Of a DNA stretch of 64,000 nt, positions 58,819 to 64,000 are shown one piece after another (the first letter of the stretch is position 1; each line of letters starts with the position of its first letter). A model generated the notes under the pieces. The model was not told the origin of the DNA. It searched no databases and was given only the letters and a program-made list of their open reading frames with translations. The position numbers were made by a program, and so were the translations under genes. The stretch is taken from the NCBI GenBank assembly GCA_963777605.1, contig CAVZRV010000027.1, forward strand, positions 416,001 through 480,000, in the 5' to 3' direction. The stretch comes from an uncultured Acidobacteriota bacterium. Its GTDB lineage: Bacteria > Acidobacteriota > UBA6911 > RPQK01 > JAPXNP01.

Positions 58819-59885
58819 TCAGTGATAGCTGTTCTTCTTGAGCTTGTAGACGTAAGCGAGGATCTGGGCGACCGCCCGGTACAACTGCAGTGGGACCTCG
58901 TCCCCGATCTCCACCGTGCGGTAAAGAGTCCTGGCCAAATCCCTGTTTTCGACAAGCGGGACCTTGTGTTCCTCGGCCACTTTGCGAATTCTCAGGGCCA
59001 GATAGTCGGCACCCTTGGCGACGACTTCTGGTGCGGCCATACTCTCCATGTCAAACTTGAGAGCGACTGCGAAATGAGTGGGGTTGGTGATGACTACATC
59101 TGCTTCCTGCGACGGCAGACATCATGCGTCTACGAGCCATCTCAAACTGGAGTCTTCGGATCCGGCTCTTGATGGCCGGATTCCCTTCCGTGTCCTTGTG
59201 CTCGTCCTTGACCTCCTGGGAGGTCATCTTCAGATTCTCTTCGTGCTGGTGGCGTTGAAAGAGGTAATCCGCGGCGGCTAATCACTGCGAGAATGACCGC
59301 GATCTTGATGCAGATCGAGTAGACAAGCTCCCCCCAAACGGAGAGGATCGACACTAGCTCCATCGACGGGAGCAGGCTGATCTGGTCAACGTTGTCTCTG
59401 AGGGCCGCCCACGCTACGTATGAAAGAATGGCAACGACGGCCACCGACTTGGCTAACTGGACCAGGCTGCTCTTGGAAAGAATCTTCTTCGCGTTGCTGG
59501 CAGGGTTGAGTTTGTTAAACTTGGGAATAAGCTTTTCCCCGTTGATGGCCACTCCCCCCTGAGCGGCCACGAGGCTCACAGAAGTCACCAGAATCAGCCC
59601 CAGGAGAGGCCCGGCAATTGCGATCATCAACCACCCAGCTTTGGTGAACAGTTCCAGGACATTGGCGCTGGTGATCGGATCGCTGATTCCCCTCCCCCAG
59701 AAGACTCGGAACGGCTCCTGGAGGCGGTCAAGGATACTGTGCCCCTCATAACCCAAATACAGGACAGCAAATAGAAACGTCACGGCATACGGTACTTCCC
59801 GACTTCGCGCAACCTGCCCTTTATCGCGCGCCTGTTGCCGTCTTTGGCCTGTTGCTTTATGTTTGCGATCTTCTTTGTCCGACAT
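58819..59885 (-). CDS. flhB: Export switch protein FlhB (frameshifts ~59275 and ~59110)
   Basis: [16 protein letters not shown]; [19 protein letters not shown]; [13 protein letters not shown]...[15 protein letters not shown]...[10 protein letters not shown]. Confidence 0.92.
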
Positions 59886-59888
59886 CGG

Positions 59889-60668
59889 TCAACCCCTGAG
59901 CAGTCGGAGGTACTCCTGCAGTGTCGAGCCCAAGCTCCCAACCTCCTGCCCAATAGCGGGGATGAGAATGTACGCCAAGCCTATCAGCATGATGTATCCG
60001 ATCAACGACTTGGCTGCCATTCCAAGGAGCAGAATAGGAATCTGGGGAGCCGTCTTTCCCAGGACCCCAAACAGAACGTCTACAACGAACAGTACTACGA
60101 GAAAGGGCGCCGCCAACTTCACTCCGATTGCGAACATCCCGGCCGAGGATAAAACCAACTGCTCGATGAGTGAGCCGGAGATCTCCAGTCCCGTGATGTT
60201 GAGCCTGTAACTCTCCACGACCGCCTGGAGCAGCCAGTGGTGAGCGTTGAGCACGAGGAAGAGAACGAGACCCACCAGATTGAGAAAGGTTGACAGAAAC
60301 GGTGCCTGAACCTGTGTTTGGGGATCCACCATCTGAATGAACCCAAATCCGATCTGGAATCCCATCAAATGCCCGGCAATCTCGAAGACACCAAAGACCA
60401 TTTTTGCGACAAGCCCGAGCAGCAAACCCAATAGCAACTCTCGGACCAAGTCCATGGTATAGCCGATCATCCCGGCAGAAGGCGCACCGTAGCACTGCTG
60501 AGCGAGCGGGCAGAGTATCCAGGTGAGAATCAGCGCCAGAACCGTCCTTAGCACAGCTGGGACTGTCCCGCTGCCATAGAAAGGCGCAAAGGTCACAAGG
60601 CCGCCGACTCGAGCGAGAGTCAGGCCAAAGGCCGCCAGGTATTGGATGGAAAACTCATAGAGCGGCAT
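59889..60668 (-). CDS. fliR: Export protein FliR
   Basis: ARVGG....APF, AGHLMGFQIGFG...MVDP, LNAHH, LGKTAPQI. Confidence 0.94.
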   Translation of the reverse strand: MPLYEFSIQYLAAFGLTLARVGGLVTFAPFYGSGTVPAVLRTVLALILTWILCPLAQQCYGAPSAGMIGYTMDLVRELLLGLLLGLVAKMVFGVFEIAGHLMGFQIGFGFIQMVDPQTQVQAPFLSTFLNLVGLVLFLVLNAHHWLLQAVVESYRLNITGLEISGSLIEQLVLSSAGMFAIGVKLAAPFLVVLFVVDVLFGVLGKTAPQIPILLLGMAAKSLIGYIMLIGLAYILIPAIGQEVGSLGSTLQEYLRLLRG

Positions 60669-60671
60669 TGT

Positions 60672-60941
60672 TTATCGAGCGTAGGTGGCGAACTGACCCA
60701 AGAGCGCCATCGTAAAGCCGGTGAGTCGCTCAACAATCCAGGGCAAGAGTAGAAGTGTGGCGACACAGATCACAACCATTTTGGGAATCATGGTCAGCGT
60801 CATGTCCTGGATCGAAGTTACGACCTGAAAGATGCTGACCAGCAAACCCATCGCAAGGGCAGCCCCCAGAAGGGGAAGAGCCGTAATGAAGACCGTCATG
60901 AACATATCCCGAACGAGTTGAATAGCTACTCCCTGATCCAT
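60672..60941 (-). CDS. fliQ: Export protein FliQ
   Basis: PLL..AL.MGLLVSIFQVVTSIQDMTLTMIPK. Confidence 0.94.
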   Translation of the reverse strand: MDQGVAIQLVRDMFMTVFITALPLLGAALAMGLLVSIFQVVTSIQDMTLTMIPKMVVICVATLLLLPWIVERLTGFTMALLGQFATYAR

Positions 60942-60949
60942 GTACCCTC

Positions 60950-61732
60950 TCACATTCGAAAACTGTCGACTAGCGACCCCACGACCAGATGCCAACCATC
61001 AACAAGAATGAACAACAGAATCTTGAACGGAGCCGAGATCATGATCGGCGGAAGCTGCATCATTCCCATCGACAGAAGTACGGAACTGATCACCATGTCG
61101 ATGATCAGAAAGGGCAGGAAGAGGACAAACCCGATGTTGAACGCAGTCTTCAACTCTGAGATCATGAATGCTGGCACGACAACTCGAAGCGGGAGTTCCT
61201 CCGGGGTCTTGGGGCGCGGCGTTTTCGAGATCCGCACGAACAGCGCCAAGTCGCTTTCCCGAACCTGGCGAAGCATGAAGCCCTTCACCGGAACCTCGGC
61301 CTTCCCCAGCGCCTCTAACTCATTCAACTGCCCGGACTCAAAGGGCTCAACGCTCTGCTTGTAGACCTGATCCCAGACCGGCCCCATGACGAACAGAGTC
61401 AGGAACAACGAAAGGCCGATCATGATCTGGTTACTGGGCACCTGTTGGGTTCCAATAGCTTGGCGCAGGAAGTGCAAGACCACGATGATCCGGATAAAGG
61501 CGGACATCGACATCAGAATGGAGGGGATGAAGACGAGCAGCGTTAGGAAGATCGCGATCCGGACCGGCAATGTGAAGCCATCACCGGAGTTACCTCCAAG
61601 GGAGACCTGGACCGACTCCAGCAAACTTGGCCGAGCCTGAGCCTGAGCCTGCGCGTCCGCTTCTCCTGTTATCAGGATCAAGCACCCGAGCAGCACAATC
61701 GCCAGGTAAAACCCGCGCCTGAGGGAGTTCAT
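60950..61732 (-). CDS. fliP: Export protein FliP
   Basis: FIRIIVVL.FLRQAIGTQQVP.NQ, PAFMISELKTAF.IGF, SMGMMQLPP..IS.PFKILLFILVDGW. Confidence 0.96.
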   Translation of the reverse strand: MNSLRRGFYLAIVLLGCLILITGEADAQAQAQARPSLLESVQVSLGGNSGDGFTLPVRIAIFLTLLVFIPSILMSMSAFIRIIVVLHFLRQAIGTQQVPSNQIMIGLSLFLTLFVMGPVWDQVYKQSVEPFESGQLNELEALGKAEVPVKGFMLRQVRESDLALFVRISKTPRPKTPEELPLRVVVPAFMISELKTAFNIGFVLFLPFLIIDMVISSVLLSMGMMQLPPIMISAPFKILLFILVDGWHLVVGSLVDSFRM

Positions 61733-62067
61733 CTGAGCATCTCCAGAAGTCCACGGAAGCCGACTCCTGGCGAGTTGGCCAGTGGATCCTCACCCCCTTC
61801 GTCCGCCGATTCCTCCAGCGATTCGGACGACAGGGGAGAGAGCATCGAAATCTGGTTCCCGGTAGCTCCAAGCAGAAAATTCTCATTTCCCACTTTGACC
61901 AGAAGCAGTGTCCGCTTCTCGCCGATGTTCCGCGATTCGATGATCTCGATCCGCGAATTACCCGGCCGGAAGCCGCGGCCACCGTTGACGCGATTGGCCA
62001 TCCAGTAGAACAGGGCGAGTAGACCGAATACCAGCAGGATTCCCGAAATAACTTGAATAGTCCCCAT
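61729..62067 (-). CDS. fliO: Export chaperone FliO
   Basis: N-terminal TM; IEIIE...IGEKRTLLLVKVG....LLGAT..QIS.L; upstream of fliP. Confidence 0.88.
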   Translation of the reverse strand: MGTIQVISGILLVFGLLALFYWMANRVNGGRGFRPGNSRIEIIESRNIGEKRTLLLVKVGNENFLLGATGNQISMLSPLSSESLEESADEGGEDPLANSPGVGFRGLLEMLR

Positions 62068-62075
62068 GATGCTTC

Positions 62076-62360
62076 CTAGGTGATCTCTACGATCCTTGCC
62101 GCACTACCCTTCTTTCGGATCAGGACTTCCGCTTCGCCGACCTTGACATCGGCAACGACGATCTCCACGTAACCGGAAGAGGGCCGATCGAGGGAAACAA
62201 CGTCACCGATCTGGAGGTCGATCAACTCGGAAACAGACATGGACGCCGAGCCAAGTTGAACATCCACCGGGTAGACCACGTCGAGGAAATCCTTCATGTC
62301 CGAGACGGTATCCATCACCAGCGTCTCGAGTTCACTCTCGCTAATCGTGATTCTTGCCAT
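62076..62360 (-). CDS. Second FliN-like (SpoA domain) protein
   Basis: FLDV..PVDVQLG...MSVSELIDLQIGDVVSLDR...GEAEV......AARIVEI. Confidence 0.85.
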   Translation of the reverse strand: MARITISESELETLVMDTVSDMKDFLDVVYPVDVQLGSASMSVSELIDLQIGDVVSLDRPSSGYVEIVVADVKVGEAEVLIRKKGSAARIVEIT

Positions 62361-62366
62361 GGCAAC

Positions 62367-62897
62367 CTACTGAATAATGAAGTCCGTGAAATAGACCTCT
62401 TTGACCTTTGCACCCGGCTCTTCAATCAACTGGTTGACGAAGGAAAGGAGGTTCTTCTTGATCGTCTCCTTGGTCTCCGGCCTTAGAAGGTCGTCCGAAT
62501 TCATCCCTCCAACGAGGCTCAGAAGACGGTCCTTGACTTTGGGTACGGCAAGCTCTTCATTGATTACCGGAGTGCCGGGCTTGGGGTTGTAAACCCCCAG
62601 GGAGACACCGATTCGGGCGTAGTTCAACCGGCTGCCCGGGATCAAGTTGACCACAACCGGGTCGAGTTTCACCACCTCGTTTGCCGACTCGGCCGGCTTT
62701 GCCGGTTCGACCGCAGCAGCCTCTTCAGTTTCCGCCGCCTGCTCTCCCAGCACACTGTCGAAAAGCCCCCCGGCCCACGCTCCGACTCCGCCGAGAGCCA
62801 GAACCAGTAGCACGCCGGCTGCAATGATGATCCACTTGAGCTTGCTCTTGGGTAATTCTTCTTGCGCTTGTTCTTTCTCGTTTGATTCGTCCGGCAT
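62367..62897 (-). CDS. fliL: Basal body-associated protein FliL
   Basis: Single TM after KSKLK; LDPVVVNL, PKVKD.LL.L, LK.NL...VN, VKEVYFTDFIIQ; GGAGG RBS before ATG 62897. Confidence 0.93.
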   Translation of the reverse strand: MPDESNEKEQAQEELPKSKLKWIIIAAGVLLVLALGGVGAWAGGLFDSVLGEQAAETEEAAAVEPAKPAESANEVVKLDPVVVNLIPGSRLNYARIGVSLGVYNPKPGTPVINEELAVPKVKDRLLSLVGGMNSDDLLRPETKETIKKNLLSFVNQLIEEPGAKVKEVYFTDFIIQ

Positions 62898-62920
62898 ACT
62901 AACCTCCGGAATCCAATACA

Positions 62921-62936
62921 AGCAAGACGCATGCCA
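62921..62936 (-). promoter_or_regulatory. Sigma-54 promoter of fliL operon
   Basis: TGGCATGCGTCTTGCT; IHF-like TATCAA-N4-TTG at ~62954-62966 and GACA-N6-TGAC at 63045-63058 upstream. Confidence 0.82.
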
Positions 62937-63060
62937 GCTTTTAGATCGAGAGCCAAGTCATTGATAAAAAGCGAGTTGTGAAGGAGAAAAGAAGGCAGGA
63001 GAGAGTGGAGCACCCGCAGAAGGTCAACCAAAACGCGGTTGACCGACAAATCGTTGACGG

Positions 63061-63097
63061 AGGGGACTCCGGGCTGGGTGCGCACCCGGAGTCCCCT
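63061..63097 (-). terminator. Hairpin downstream of flgE
   Basis: AGGGGACTCCGGG...CCCGGAGTCCCCT 13-bp stem. Confidence 0.65.
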
Positions 63098-63116
63098 TCT
63101 ACAGGCTGGGAGGGAG

Positions 63117-64000
63117 CTACTGTTTCAGCTGAATCGCTTGTTGAACAACCTGGTCAGCCGTCGTGATGACCTTGGAATTGGCCTGGTAGGCCCGCTGGAA
63201 GAGGATCATCTTAATGAACTCTTCGGCAATATCCACGTTGGACAACTCGAGCGCGTTACCCTGGATATTCCCGCGACCGCCGGTATCAGGCATTCCGATC
63301 GTCGGCTCGCCCGACTGCGTCGTTCTCGCGTAGAGGTTGTTCCCGGTCCGAACCAGGTTCTGGGGGCTGGTGAAAAGTGCCATCCCGATCTGGCCCAGGG
63401 GCGCGGTTTCACCGTTGGAGAAGATGCCCTCGATGATCCCATTGGACCTGACCAGCATTTCGGAAAGCGTCCCGGCTCCCTTGCCGTTTTGATAGGCCTG
63501 TGAGGTCGAACTGGGCAACTGGAACTGGGTCATGAAAGTCTTGGACGAATCCAACGCATCGCGAAGCTCCCAGGTGAAGGTCACCGGACTGGCGCCGGAT
63601 GAGGGATTAAAGGTGAGCCCGGTAACATCTGCCGCCGGCGTCGAGAGGAGACCGTCGCTGGTAAACGTCAACTGTCCCTGGCTGAGAACGCCCGCGCCAG
63701 CCCCTCCGCCTGCGACGCCCTCGTCCGGAACCGACATTTCATAGTCCCAGGTACCCGCAGTCGAGGTCTTGGTGAAGGTCACCGTAACAGGATGCCCGAC
63801 ACCCAGGCTGTCGTAGATCTTGACCGTCGTCGAGAAAGTCTCATCCGTGGCGGCGTCGGCGTTGAGATTCGTAGTGAAGCGGACCAGCGAGCTGTCAACT
63901 GCCGGAAGCACTTTTCCAGGTTTGAGGTCGAGTGGGACCAGGTTGGTATTGGTGTTGATTTCCCCGGTCGTCACGTCGGTCGGATATCCCAGGACATAGA
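63117..64000 (-). CDS. flgE: Hook protein, 3' part (runs off window end)
   Basis: IYDSLGVGH, TQF....QNG...G.L, G.FSNG, LELSNVDIAEEFIKMILFQRAYQANSKVITTADQ. Confidence 0.96.
   Translation of the reverse strand, partial: YVLGYPTDVTTGEINTNTNLVPLDLKPGKVLPAVDSSLVRFTTNLNADAATDETFSTTVKIYDSLGVGHPVTVTFTKTSTAGTWDYEMSVPDEGVAGGGAGAGVLSQGQLTFTSDGLLSTPAADVTGLTFNPSSGASPVTFTWELRDALDSSKTFMTQFQLPSSTSQAYQNGKGAGTLSEMLVRSNGIIEGIFSNGETAPLGQIGMALFTSPQNLVRTGNNLYARTTQSGEPTIGMPDTGGRGNIQGNALELSNVDIAEEFIKMILFQRAYQANSKVITTADQVVQQAIQLKQ

Noticed and set aside
8216-59885. Frameshifts in flaG, fliD, pseB, fcl-like, the 23661 multidomain gene, the GT at 26103, WcbI-GSCFA, flhA and flhB, read as pseudogenisation or programmed frameshifting
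   Set aside because: They are small indels, several at short homopolymers, scattered in otherwise intact genes with no clear nonsense decay. Long-read consensus error is the simplest explanation; read polishing would decide.

Overview
Bacterial chromosomal window that is almost entirely one large flagellar gene cluster. The gene order and REP-like repeats suggest Acidobacteriota (inference). Left end: a TrpR-like (HisR/YerC) regulator with hisG and a partial hisD on the minus strand. Then an HDOD protein, motA-motB, a REC/HD-GYP phosphodiesterase, a REP/MITE-like duplicated region, and fliC-flaG-fliD-fliS-fliT-like. A ~30 kb flagellin-glycosylation island follows (~11.6-41.6 kb). It carries pseB, pseC, maf, an SDR and an aldo-keto reductase, a Campylobacter-capsule-type GDP-heptose pathway (hddA, Cj1427-like, hddC, Cj1430-like, Cj1428/fcl-like), methyl- and sulfotransferases, glycosyltransferases, a WcbI-GSCFA fusion, an IS remnant, glf, pseI, an ATP-grasp enzyme and a pseF-pseG fusion. 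The right part is a minus-strand block running flgE (partial), fliL-fliN2-fliOPQR, flhB, flhA, flhF, flhG, fliA, fliM, fliN, a membrane protein, a stand-alone MshEN protein, flgFG-flgA-flgHI, flgJ-M23, flgM, a small ORF, flgN, flgK, flgL, fliW and csrA. Four sigma-54 and four sigma-28 promoter motifs and CsrA sites can be read directly from the sequence. About ten genes carry single-base frameshifts, most likely long-read consensus errors. The most novel-looking elements are: the putative sulfated/methylated heptose + pseudaminic flagellar glycan machinery (with a coiled-coil 'ruler' protein and a C-terminal module shared by three enzymes), the ATPase-less MshEN c-di-GMP receptor, a structured GGA-rich motA leader, and an inverted pair of palindromic elements bracketing the island core. 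All protein family assignments come from motif recognition, not database searches.
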